A stretch of 64,000 nt of DNA from contig OZ024760.1 in NCBI GenBank assembly GCA_964016885.1, forward strand, positions 22,506,001-22,570,000, read 5' to 3'. Below the pieces are notes generated by a model. It did no database searches and was not told where the DNA came from. It saw only the letters and a program-made list of their open reading frames with translations. Position 1 is the stretch's first letter, and each line of letters starts with the position of its first letter. The DNA is from Eledone cirrhosa (lineage: Eukaryota). Both the position numbers and the translations under genes were made by a program. Shown here piece by piece: positions 1-12,684 of this stretch.

Positions 1-288
1 CACACACGTATATATACATAAAACTATTTATGAATATATATGGCTGTCTACACACACACACACGCGCACGCGCGCCGACATACACACATCACGTGACAAT
101 AAGGATGAGATCAAAATTCCCGGCGGCAGGTGGCCAGGAAAATTACCAATTTCTTTGTTGAAAATAATACATGCATACGTACACATACTCTTGCTTTCAC
201 ATACACATATATCTATTTATGCGTATACATCTCTTTCTCTGTGTATCTAGCTGTGAATAAAAAAAGATATTTATATTATATATATATG

Positions 289-687
289 TGGAGGAAGTTA
301 TAGTTCACTTGAAGCATTGTGTAATGAGGTATAAACGTTTGTATATGTATAATAAAGCCAAAACAATGCAGGTATGGACATAGAATAAAGAATGCAAATG
401 CAAAAGATATTGTTGACAATTAGTCTTTTACCTTAGATTTATTTAAATGTCCTTAATTTTTGAGATAATACCTCTTCTTCGGGGGGAAAGGAAACGGTTA
501 AACCAGTGCTCTAAATAGCTTGCCAAGACATGCCCCGAAGAAGATATTATCTCGAAAATTAAGGACATTTAAATAAATCTAAGGTAAAAGATTAATTGTC
601 AACAATATCTATTGCATTTGCATTCTTTATTCTATGTCCATACCTGCATTGTTTTGGCTTTATTATACATATACAAACGTTTATATA
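289..687. mobile_element. Fold-back element with degenerate hammerhead motif in each arm (Penelope pseudo-LTR-like)
   Basis: Inverted arms ~329-484 and ~533-687 with a ~48-nt spacer. The right arm begins CCGAAGA-AGAT-ATT-ATCT-CGAAA and is followed by AATAAA. One-sided tail at 289-328; flanked by (TA)n. Confidence 0.7.
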
Positions 688-911
688 TATATATAATATA
701 TATATATATACACACACAGACGCACAAACGCAGAGGCAGTCATATATATATATACTTACATATAATTATACATGGATATATAGACATACGCTCACCTACA
801 TACATATATCTAATTGTGTAGTGTGTATGCATACTCGCTTATATATATATGTATATATATATATACTTACAAATATATATATGAATAAAGCAATGCACAC
901 GAAGACACGTT

Positions 912-954
<43 letters not shown>

Positions 955-1396
955 ACTACAACTGTTGATTTCCTTCGAATGAAAAAGTTATGCATAAGTA
1001 CATATATACATATATACATAAATATATATTTCAAAATTTTAGCTTTTATTACCGCCTTTTTATCTAACTAGATTTGATAAAATAATTTTCTAGTCAAACA
1101 CTGCAGTCGATATAATCGATTTCACCCCCACCTCACCAAGTTGCTGGCCACGTGACTAAAGGAGGGCCAATATTCCTCATCTTGTTGTATATATTGTTGT
1201 TGTTGTTGTATTCAAGTTTCTTATTATATTTTTACTACATCAGTGTTGTTTGTATGATTTTCTTTGTGTCGTTGTTCATGTTGCTGTTGTCTTCACTACA
1301 TTAATTTCATGTAAAAAATTTTACCGCCTTGTTGCTATGGAGACAAATTATATAGCCAAGCATGTTCGCGTGACATTTATAACCCTCGATTGCAGT

Positions 1397-1528
<132 letters not shown>

Positions 1529-1721
1529 TCATGCATGAATTCACGCCGTCAGCCACCCCACACTATTGCATTCGCCACTTTTCATTCATAAATGTATATT
1601 TAAAGGCGACACTTCCAGGATTCATACTGAATTCGTTTCAGAGGGATGTAGTCAGCGTGTGTGTATATATATACGCACACGCACACGGACACGCACACAC
1701 ACACACACTATAAGAATATAG

Positions 1722-1825
1722 TAAAATTTAAGCATAAATCGCTGCTTTCGCCGTTAAGGGTGAAAGCAGCGATACTTTGCTTAAACTTTAATCTGTACTT
1801 ATAATAAATATCTGCTCTATGGGTT
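1722..1825 (+). mobile_element. Fold-back copy of hammerhead family B
   Basis: 1722-1752 is the reverse complement of ~1758-1790 around the loop GTTAA. The right arm GGGTGAAAGCAGCGATACTTTGCTTAAACTTTAATCTGT matches 4697-4735 and 43008-43046. Confidence 0.8.
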
Positions 1826-1843
1826 ATATATATATATATATAT

Positions 1844-1878
<35 letters not shown>

Positions 1879-1978
1879 TATCATTTCTAAGCCAACGTTG
1901 AACGTTTATACTTTGGGTATGTCACTATCTTGTATATGAAATATTATATTTTATCTGATGAAAGCATACTATAATTTA

Positions 1979-2731
1979 ATTGTTTCTACTTTTGGCACAA
2001 GGCCAGCAATTAACCAGTTCATTACTGGTACTTAATTTTATCAACCCCGTAAGGATGAAAGGCAAAGTTAACATCGGTGGGATTTAAACTCAGAATGGCA
2101 AGGGCCGTAACTCTATGCGTCAAAGCATGGCGTCCGACCCTCTACCGATACTGCCAATACACCTCCCAGTCTATAAATTAATATCCTTGAAATATGTATA
2201 ATAAAATGAATATGATGCTATAGTGATATTTTCCCTTTATTACTACTATTATTAATAATTATATATATAATCCTTATCGACTCCTCTTCGGATTTTAGTC
2301 TTCACATTTATTATTATATATATATAGATAATGGTTTCTACTTTTGACACAAGGCCAGCAATTACTCAGTGCATTACTGGTACTTTATTTTATCGACCAC
2401 GTAAGGATGAAAGGCAAAGTTAACCTCAGCGGGATTTGAACTCAGAATGGCAAGGGCAGTAACTTTATGCGTCAAAGTATGGCGTCCGACCCTCTACCGA
2501 GCCAAAGTTAACCTCGGCTGGATTTGAACTCAGTCAGGAATGTGTCTCTATGATCAGTAAAGGGCCGTAACTCTATAGACGCCATGCTTTGCATCATATA
2601 GTTACGCCACTTTACGGTCTGAGTTCAAATCACTCCGAGGTTACCTTTGCCTTTCAATCTTACGGGCTCGATAAAATAAAGTACCAGTAATGCACTGGCA
2701 TAATTTCTGGCCTTGTTTCAAAAGTATAAAG
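1979..2731. mobile_element. Cluster of tRNA-derived SINE copies (minus ~1979-2167 and ~2333-2533; plus ~2580-2731)
   Basis: Matches the window SINE consensus GGGCGGTGGATTGGCAGTATCGGTAGAG...GAGTTCAAATCCCGCCGAGGTTAACTTTGCCTTTCATCCTTACGGGGTCGATAAAATAAAGTACCAG...GGCCTTGTGCCTAAAGTAGAAAC. Confidence 0.9.
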
Positions 2732-2735
2732 TTAT

Positions 2736-2836
2736 ACTGCATCCTGTCTAGCTCTACACCTCGATACTGACCTGAACCTAAACATGGAGTGCTCACCCAG
2801 GTGAACCTACACTAACTCTGCGTTACACTCCCTGGA
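2736..2836 (+). mobile_element. 3' tail fragment of hammerhead family A
   Basis: TAGCTCTACACCTC...TGAACCTAAACAT.GAGTGCTC.CCC.GGTGAACCT.CA.TAACTC...TTACAC.CCCTGGATAT is shared with 4433-4535. Confidence 0.7.
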
Positions 2837-2855
2837 TATGTATGTATATATATAT

Positions 2856-3280
2856 AGGAAGCCCTCAACCAATTCTAGAGGCTTCCCGCCTACATTAGTG
2901 ATCCTCTCTGGCTTCTCAACATTCTCTACCAGATATTTTGTTTTAGTCTCATTCATTCTCAGCCTCACACTCATCGACACAGTCTCAACTCAGAGCTGTA
3001 TGGGAGCCTCCCAAAAGTCAGCACGAAAGTGACACAGAGGAGATTGAGGTTAGCTGGAAATGCTCACCGACATCCAGAGTTGACATTGCACTCAGTGCTC
3101 CTTTGGGAGCCCCTACATGGACACACTAGAAGAGGAAGACCAAGGTTAACGTATGTTGATGCCCTAAGGACAGACACTGGTTTGTTGGAGACGCAGGACA
3201 TGGCAGCGATAATGAGGGACAGAGACCGCTGGAGAGAACTCGTCCATGGATCTCGGGAATTTTACCCGCCTTAGAATAGA
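2856..3280 (+). mobile_element. 5'-truncated RTE-like LINE copy with inverted 5' segment
   Basis: 2987-3274 (+) encodes the RT C-terminus (NSELYGSLPKVSTKVTQRRLRLAG...DRDRWRELVHGSREFYPP*), near-identical to 6403-6690. 2856-2989 is an upstream part of the same ORF on the minus strand (matches 6965-7098). Confidence 0.92.
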
Positions 3281-3772
3281 ATATATATATAATATGAAAC
3301 GAAAAATCAGTGATGCATTTGGACTCAGTTTATTGTGTTACAATTGTTTCGCTGGCAGATAACTTGAGACGCGACAATTATATGGATCTGTCTTATTCTA
3401 TATCTGTAAGAACACAGTGTTCAACTGGCACATCGCCTATGGAAGCATCATAGCTACCATTAAACACACACAGACACACACACACACACACACACAGACA
3501 CACACACAGACACACACACAGACATATGTGTCACACAATGCATATTGATATTGTCTTAAATACACACATGTATGTGTATGTATAAATATATATATATATA
3601 TGTGTGTGTGTTTATATCCGAGGTTGGAATCCGATTTCAGATCAGCAAAGTGTTCTGGCAAACCATCTGCTGACTTCGTAATGAGAAACCCGATCACAAC
3701 AGCATGTTCTAATGTACACGGGTTGCCTCTGGGAGCGGTGACTAATCTCTGAGACTAAGGTCACAAGAGGAA

Positions 3773-3968
3773 TTAAAGAGATCAAATGGGGCAAGGCTGC
3801 TGGGAATGATGAAATCCGCTCTGATGAATGATGAAATCCGCCGAATGACCTATATCTCTGGAAAGGTACCTAAGCAATAGCAATCGTTAGGGATAATCCC
3901 AACTTTGAAAAAGGGAGATAAGAGGTATTATTCCAATTACAGAATGATCTCCTTGTTAAGCCTCTCTT
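3773..3968 (+). mobile_element. Degraded non-LTR reverse transcriptase N-terminal fragment (RTE-like)
   Basis: Reads IKEIKWGKAAGNDEIR...SGKVPKQ*QSLGIIPTLKKGDKRYYSNYRMISLLSL, i.e. the KAxGxD / IIPxxKKGD / NYRxISL motifs, with a stop and a small duplication. Confidence 0.8.
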
Positions 3969-4000
3969 AATAAAGATGCTAATGTTGCATAAATCGTTTA

Positions 4001-4089
4001 TTCATTATAATTGTTTCAACGGTTCCCCATGCAATCAAGATGTAATTCATGCATTTGTTGTTGCTATGAGAACGCCATCTTCAGATGAA
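4001..4089 (-). ncRNA. Type-I hammerhead ribozyme motif with long stem II
   Basis: Minus strand: TTCAT (stem I)-CTGAAGA-~60-nt imperfect hairpin-GAAA-CAATTA-TA-ATGAA (stem I'), overlapping AATAAA. One stem III mismatch. Confidence 0.7.
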
Positions 4090-4180
4090 ATTTGATTTTG
4101 TGATATGTTGCCGGCAGGAAAAAATACACGTCCTTCTGCTCGTGCGTGTGTATGTATGTATATATATATATATATATATA

Positions 4181-4529
4181 TATTGAAAGGATAAAAAGGA
4201 CGATTGATTATACCTTCATTGCATTTATTGATAGGTGACGCGCGTTTCGCCACTGATCAGCTCAAGGTTCGATCTATATCGATCCTACCCGACTAACGTC
4301 GAGCTGCCGATTATTGAGTCGGGTAGGATGGATATTGATCGAACCTTGAGCTGATCAGTGGCGAAACGCGCGTCACCTATCAATAAAAGCGATGAAGGAA
4401 TAATCAATCGTCCTTTTTATCCTTTCAATATATTACACTCTGTATAGCTCTACACCTCATCACAGAAGTGAACCTAAACATCGAGTGCTCTCCCGGGTGA
4501 ACCTGCAGTAACTCCTAATTACACCCCCT

Positions 4530-4535
<6 letters not shown>
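4181..4535 (+). mobile_element. Fold-back element, hammerhead family A (Penelope pseudo-LTR-like)
   Basis: Inverted arms ~4181-4293 and ~4316-4430. Each carries GAAACGCGCGTC (4363-4374 on +) then AATAAA. Unique tail at 4431-4535; (TA)n on both sides. Confidence 0.85.
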
Positions 4536-4576
<41 letters not shown>

Positions 4577-4675
4577 AGCGAACGTTACCACGAACCAAAG
4601 TATCGTCTTCCTGTCTTCCTCCGGTTGTAACGTTTTTTGAAATATCCACTTCTGCGTTCACAGATTGACTTTGTT

Positions 4676-4726
4676 AGTTTCAGAAGATCCCGTTAAGGGT
4701 GAAAGCAGCGATTCTTTGCTTAAACT
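4676..4726 (+). ncRNA. Type-I hammerhead ribozyme motif, family B (one core substitution)
   Basis: AGTTT-CAGAAGA-TCCC-GTTAA-GGGT-GAA-AGCA-GCGATTCTT-TGCT-T-AAACT. Stems I and III pair fully and stem II has 3 bp. The core is CAGAAGA instead of CUGANGA. AATAAA lies downstream. Confidence 0.75.
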
Positions 4727-4910
4727 TTAATCTGTCATTTTAATAAATATATATATATATATATATTGTTATACTTTGGGAGGGTCATGTTGAAACGAAA
4801 TATCGTAAGCCTTAGCCAGGCTAACAAGATACTGAAAACCACCATGTTCTGTTGTCTACGAAAAACCATAACATCTCGACAACTACACTTCATAAACATT
4901 CAGAAACGAA

Positions 4911-4943
<33 letters not shown>

Positions 4944-5151
4944 AATGTTATTTATCGTAAATTTTTCACCGACACCGTTCCGTGTTTTCTTGATTTCGAT
5001 GTTGACTAAAATTACACGGCAGACATAGAAAACTAAAGATAAATTTATGTATTGGTTCTATAAAGTATATTGCAGTCGATATTTATCAGTGTAGAGGTAT
5101 TGTTATGACACAATACACACACACATACACACACATTTATATATATATATA

Positions 5152-5201
<50 letters not shown>

Positions 5202-5441
5202 CGTAAACACACACACACATATATATATGTATGTCTATAAATACATATGTATATAAACACATATATATAAAGGTGTGTATATATAAACATTTATATACAT
5301 AAGTATACATATGTATATATAAATAAGTATATATATATATATATATACTTTATATATACTTATTTATATATACATATATATATATATATATACATACATA
5401 TAAATATACTTTATATATATACTTATTTATATATACTTATT

Positions 5442-5473
<32 letters not shown>

Positions 5474-5559
5474 CATACATATAAATATACTTTATATATA
5501 TACTTATTTATATATACATATTTATATATACATATATATATATACATACATATAGATAT

Positions 5560-5624
<65 letters not shown>

Positions 5625-5865
5625 AAAACAGCAGGCATGTTTAATTAAATTTAATTAACTTTAAGTTGAAATTCCGCCTGGTTGGTTTCCTTGCTTATAA
5701 TGCTGAAATCGATTAAAAATAATAGAATAAATGATCATTGAAGCAGAACTGTGTGCTATATATCCCAGTCTATCCGTATCGAATAAGTGTGGATGAGTGC
5801 ATCATTGAGGTACAATATATTAAACAACCTTTTACAAAAGATACACGAAACTACACACCTATGTA

Positions 5866-5910
<45 letters not shown>

Positions 5911-6402
5911 GGAAAAAATGAAACGAAATTTCATTTCCCACTCTTAGTACAGCTGTTACTTAAATATAAGTATGTACACGTACATACATATATGTATACA
6001 GACGTACAGTAGTATGTATATATATATACATACATGCACACACATATATATATGTGCGTATGGATTCACCGAACATTTATTATAATGCTCGGTGTGTTTG
6101 TAAACAAACATCCCGTATTAAGCCGTAGTGTCCAGCAACCATCGTGGCTCGTTTGTTCAACACTGACAAAGGAACGCTGTACTAGTTTCAAGCTTATATA
6201 TATATTATATATATTTATATATATATAATATATATTATATATATTTATATATATATATATATATTTATATATATTATATATTTATATATATATATATATA
6301 CATAATATATATATTATATTTATATATATTATATATTTATATATATATATATATACATAATATATATATTATATATATATATATTATATATTATATATCT
6401 AT

Positions 6403-7156
6403 CTAAGGCGGGTAAAATTCCCGAGATCCATGGACGATTTCTCTCCAGCGGTCTCTGTCCCTCATTATCGCTGCCATATCCTGCATCTCCAACAGACCAG
6501 TGTCTGTCCTTAGGGCATCAACATATATTAACCTTGGTCTTCCTCTTCTAGTGTGTCCATGTAGGGGCTCCCAAAGGAGCACTGAGTGCAATGTCAACTC
6601 TGGATGTCGGTGAGCATGTCCAGCCAACCTCAGTCTCCTCTGTGTCACTTTTGAGCTGACTTTTTGGATGCTCCCATACAGCTCTGAGTTTTTCATCCTC
6701 AGTGTATACTGATTAATGTTCAGAGCCATCCTCAGCATTCTCGTGTAGCACCCATCCACCATCTGAGTGAGTCTCTTGGTCAGTGTCCAAGTCTCAGACC
6801 CATACAGAAGCACAGACTCCACTACAGCAATGAAGAGGCGGACCTTCAGGTCTCTACGAAGGTCCGACTTCCACACCGATCTCAAGCTGTGACACGCCGC
6901 CCAGGCCTTGCTCTTCCTCTCAACCACATCATCTTCCGTATTCCCAATCTTTGCTCCCAAATACAGGAAGTCCTCAACCAATTCCAGCTGCTTCCCGCCT
7001 ATATTAGTGATCCCCTCTGGCTTCTCAACATTCTCTACCAGATATTTTGTTTTAGTCTCATTCATTATCAGCCCCACACTCATCGACACAGTCTCAACCT
7101 CCCGCATCAAATCCTCTGCCTCCTTCACTGTATTTGTCACCAAAACTATGTCGTCA
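6403..7156 (-). mobile_element. RTE-like LINE, 3' part of reverse transcriptase ORF (open to the stop codon)
   Basis: DDIVLV...GLIMNETKTKY...VEDFLYLGAKI...SVLLYGSETWTLT...RRLRLAGHAHRH...GRPRLIYVD...DRDRWR. The stop codon runs straight into ATAGATATA/(TA)n. Confidence 0.95.
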
Positions 7157-7665
7157 CTTGTGGCAAAGACCCTCAACAGGATGATTCTTAACAGGATCCA
7201 GCCTGAGATGGAGAAGAAGCTCAGGGACAACCAGAACGGCTTCAGAGAGGGTAGATCAACCACCAGTCACATCCTGATGCTGAGGAGGATATTAGAGGGA
7301 GCTAGAGCAAAGTGCCTTCCTGCGGTCATGGTTTTCATTGACTTGAGGAAGGCCTTTGATTCTGTGGACCGTTACTGCCTGATGAAGATCTTACAGGCTT
7401 ATGGAATCCCCAAGAGGATAGTGGACCTGATATCACTGCTCTACACCAACACCAAAGCCCAAGTCATTACACCTGATGGGATGACAGAGTTCTTTGAGAT
7501 ACTGGCTGGAGTGCTCCAGGGAGATACATTGGCTCCCTACCTTTTTATCATCGTAGTGGACTATTGTATGCGCCTTGCACTGGAGAAACACCAGGACACT
7601 GGCTTTACTGTAGCACCGGCTCAGAGCAGGAGAGTTGGGGCGAAAAAGGTATCGGATGCTGAATT
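7150..7665 (+). mobile_element. Inverted 5' part of the same RTE-like reverse transcriptase
   Basis: SLVAKTLNRMILNRI...QNGFREGRST...FIDLRKAFDSV...GVLQGDTLAPYLFII...KKVSDAE, ending just before the FADD motif. Confidence 0.95.
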
Positions 7666-7746
7666 GAATATTATATATATATATATTATATATATTATAT
7701 ATATATATATTATATATTTATATATATATATTTATATATATATATT

Positions 7747-7786
<40 letters not shown>

Positions 7787-8206
7787 TATATTTATATATA
7801 TATATTATATATATATATTATATATTTATATATTTATATATATATATATATATTATATATTTATATATTATATATTTATATATTATATATTTATATATAT
7901 TATATATTTATATATATTTATATATTTATATATATATATATATATTATATATTTATATATATTATATATATATGTATGTATATATATATTATATATATAT
8001 GTATATATATATATATATATGTATGTATATATATATTATATATGTATGTATATATATATTATATATGTATGTATATATATATAGATTATATATATATGTA
8101 TATATATATAGATTATATATATATGTATATATATATAGATTATATATATATGTATATATATATGTATATATATTATATATATTATATATATTATATAATA
8201 TATTAA

Positions 8207-8394
8207 GGGCGGTGGATTGGCAGTATCGGTAGAGGGTCGGACGCCATGCTTTGACAAATAGTTACGGCCGTTGCCATTCTGAGTTCAAATCCCGCCGAGG
8301 TCAACTTTGCCTTTCATCCTTACGGGGTCGATAAAATAAAGTACCAGTAATGCACTGGTTATTTGCTGGCCTTGTGCCAAATGTAGAAACAATT
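8207..8394 (+). mobile_element. Full-length tRNA-derived SINE (short subtype)
   Basis: A box TGGCAGTATCGG, B box GAGTTCAAATCCC, conserved central domain, 3' end GTAGAAACAATTAT. Confidence 0.92.
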
Positions 8395-8459
8395 ATATTA
8401 TATATATTATATTATATATATTATATATATTATATTATATATTATATTATATATATTTA

Positions 8460-8739
8460 CAGGAAAAGGTATGACCCCGACGGCAGAGCTCAAGCCGTTT
8501 CCTCGGCTATATATATTTAATTATATATATATAGGAACGAGTAGGGCCCCGACAGCTGAGCTCAAGCCGTTTCGACGGGTAATTCTGGACATAGCATAGC
8601 GTCCAGAATTAGCCGTCGAAACGGCTTGAGCTCAGCCGTCGGGGTCTTACTTGTTCCTATTACCCACTCTACTACCCTAAGTATTGAGTACTTTGGTGCG
8701 TTATGGTCCACCTGGTTCCTTACCACATTTCCTTCGTTT
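8460..8739 (+). mobile_element. Fold-back element, hammerhead family C, plus a solo arm at 8460-8509
   Basis: Arms ~8531-8590 and ~8601-8660. The right arm has GAA-ACGGC-TTGAGCTCA-GCCGT-C-GGGGTC (hammerhead stem III plus GUC). The tail at 8661-8739 is shared with 37547-37626. Confidence 0.85.
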
Positions 8740-8892
8740 TATATATATATATATATATATATATACTTATCTAGATGTGAAATACCTATGTATTCATATA
8801 TATATGAACGTATATATACACACCTGTGTATGCACGCCGGAACAATTACTTATATATATATATATATATATATAACACACACACACACACAC

Positions 8893-9335
<443 letters not shown>

Positions 9336-9849
9336 CGTGATTGCTCCTCTGCATCTGCCTGTATACATGCATACAACATTTTATATATGTATCTATCTAT
9401 CTACATATATCTACATATATATCTACAATATATATATATATATACACACATACATATGTATGTCTCTCTCTCTATCAGAGCTGAGAGGTTTTCAATAACG
9501 AAATTCGATTAGACGAAAACCTGTCTAAACAGGAAAGTTTCGATTGAAAATAATCAAACATAGATCCGTGAGTTTCCTACTATATTAAGTTCACCTGAAA
9601 CACAGGTAAACAATGGACTACGTAATACAACACATCGATACAATCACACACACATCACACGCACATGCACATGCACACGCACACATTATATATGAATTAT
9701 ATGCATACATTTCAAATTACCCTAGAGTTTCTTAAGTCAAATGTTTGTTTATGCCCATTCACCCTCACAGAAGGTATATACGTCTATGTATAGATGTATG
9801 TATATACATATGTATGAATAAATATATATATACATACATACATACATAG

Positions 9850-10153
9850 ATGGTGGCTGCCAACTCGTTTTCGAGTACGGCCACTACTTTATATCCATGT
9901 AGGAGAAGCCCTACCGATGCCCTGAACGAGTGTGACTTTTCAGTCCAGCCAGTGACTTGAAAACTCTGGTACAAACACTACACTTGTGACAATTATTGAC
10001 ACATAGTGCTGGGCCCATGGTACCATGTAACAAGTGCAGAGAGATCTCCAGATATAAAGCAATGCCTGTGCCGTGAAGCTTTTATAGTGAGCAAAGGCAC
10101 TGCACAAAGCCAGTCCCACTCTCTTAACCAAGATGATATTTACCAAAAAGAAC
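9850..10153 (-). mobile_element. 5'-truncated non-autonomous RTE-derived element (family D)
   Basis: Matches the 3' half of 57839-58447, with the same 3' end GAGTTGGCAGCCACCAT. Confidence 0.9.
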
Positions 10154-10189
10154 ATCTTATATAGTTATACATACGTATATATATATATA

Positions 10190-10228
<39 letters not shown>

Positions 10229-10260
10229 ACTCATGATTTACATTTAAATAATCTAGCTTA

Positions 10261-10878
10261 TCCCTCCCTCACTCTCCTCCCCTACCTCTCTCTGCTCCTT
10301 CTCCCCCTCTCTATCATCCTCCTCCTCCTCCCTCTCTCCTCTCTCTCCTCTCTCCTCCCTCTCCTCTTCCCTCTCTCCTCTCTCTCCTCTCTCCTCCCTC
10401 TCCTCCTCCCTCTCTCCTCTCCTCATTCTCTCCTCTCCTCATTCTCTCCTCTCCTCATTCTCTCTCTTCCTCTCTTTCTTCTTCTCTCTCTTCCCTTCCT
10501 CTCTCTCTCTTCCCTTCCTCTCTCTCTCTTCCCTTCCTCTCTCTCTCTTCCCCTCCTCTCTCTCCCTCTTCCCCTCCTCTCTCTCCCTCTTCCCCTCCTC
10601 TCTCTCCCTCTTCCCCTCCTCTCTCTCCCTCTCTCCTCCCCTCTCTTCCTCTCTCCTCCCCTCTCTTCCTCTCTCCTCCCCTCTCTCCCTCTCTCCTCCC
10701 CTCTCTTCCTCTCTCCTCCCCTCTCTTCCTATCTCCTCCCCTCTCACTTCCTCTCTCTCTTCCTCTCACTTCCTCTCTCTCTTCCTCTCACTTCCTCTCT
10801 CTCTCCTCCTCTCACTTCCCCTTTCCCCCTTCCTTTCTCTCTCCTCTCCCCCAACCCCTCCTGCTCCCCCCTCTCACC
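10261..10878. repeat. Polypyrimidine (CT-rich) low-complexity tract
   Basis: Almost exclusively C/T with short internal periodicity. Confidence 0.95.
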
Positions 10879-11331
10879 TTATATATATATTATATATATA
10901 TTATATCACCCCCCCCCCCCCTACAACAGACATATCTTACAAGCCCCAGTGAAACCGTTTGTTTCTTTGTTTTGGTTTAAACAAAAAAAATGACTTCCTC
11001 CATCGATTGGAATCTGGTTTTGTCAGCTAAACTTCGTCGCCTCTACACACAATGGTGGACATGTCTGTTCTTTAAGGCAGATTTAGTGTAGGAGGAGGGT
11101 CACCGTTTGGTTGGGGGGGGGGGTCGTTTGTTTGTTTCATGTTGAGGTCTAAACGTGTGGGTGTAATAGGACAAGAATTTTGTTGCTGTTACTGTTGTTG
11201 ATGTTGATGATAGACATGGTGTTGTTCTTGTCATTGTGTGTATATGAGTGCAGATTTACGCATATTTGACCACACACACACTTGCACACACACTCACACA
11301 CACACTTACACACACACACTCACACACACAC

Positions 11332-11406
<75 letters not shown>

Positions 11407-11508
11407 TTCCGCCAAATGTATGCACATTACAACACCATTCTAATCAATGTGTGTATACATTTTTGGGAACACCCTGTATGTGCATATATATATCTATGCG
11501 TGCATGAC

Positions 11509-11549
<41 letters not shown>

Positions 11550-11634
11550 GTTTCCCCCAAATATGTATATACACACTTCAACAGCATTCTAATGAAAGTG
11601 TATATACATTTTTGGGTGACGCCTTTCACACACA

Positions 11635-11696
<62 letters not shown>

Positions 11697-11726
11697 CACA
11701 TACATACAGGCAATGAATAATGAAAT

Positions 11727-12653
11727 AATTGTTTCTACTTTTGGCACAAGGCCAGCAATTACCTCAGTGCATTACTGGTACTTTATTTTATCGACCCCGT
11801 AAGGATGAAAGGCAATCCTCGGCGGGATTTGAACTCAGATCATAAAGGGCCGTAACTCTATGCGTCAAAGCATGGCGTCCGACCCTCTACCGATACTGCC
11901 AATCCACCGCCCTTATTCACCGTCCACAATAATAATAATGATTTTCGTTGTCATTGCAGATTATTTTGGTTTCTTCTTTTTCTTTATCTTTTCTTCTTTT
12001 TCTTTTTTTTTTCTTCTTTTTCTTCTTTTTCTTCTTTTTTATTTTATTTTTCCTTTTTCCTTTTCTTCCTTGTTTTGTTCTCTTTTTGTTCTATTTTTTG
12101 TTTTCGTTTTGGTTCTTTTTGTTTTTTCTTTTCATTGTTATTATTATTATTATTATTATTATTGTTGCTAGTACTATTATTATTCCTTAAATATCACAAG
12201 GTCAGGTAATGACACTAATTTTTTATTTGCTAAATATTATGATATATAGAATCATTAATATGACATTAATATGACATACAGGATATTTGACCTGAGAATA
12301 ATCTTTAAAAATTAATAAGAAATTAACAAAAAAAAGAAAAACATCGTCTCTCTGGAAATAAGTTATGCAGAAAAGACTTTAATGGCGTAATTCCTCTCAT
12401 GAGTTGAAAATTGACGGGACAATGGGGACATATGTTCCTTTATTTTTTAGGTACAGGACCAACAATTTTGGGGGAGGGGAAAGTTGCTTAAACACCAGTG
12501 TATTACTGGTACTTTATTTTATCGACCTCGTAAGGATGATAGACAAAGCTAACCTCGGCGGGATTTGATTTGAACTCAGATGTTAATGGGACGTAACTCT
12601 ATGCTGTAGAGCATGGTCTCCGACGCTCTACCGATCCTGCCAAGCCACCGCCC

Positions 12654-12684
<31 letters not shown>

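Noticed and set aside
1953-1975. CTGATGAAA as a hammerhead core
   Set aside because: No stem II or downstream GAAA-stem III.
3815-3845. CTGATGA...GAAA as a hammerhead
   Set aside because: Produced by a small duplication inside an RT fragment; no stems.
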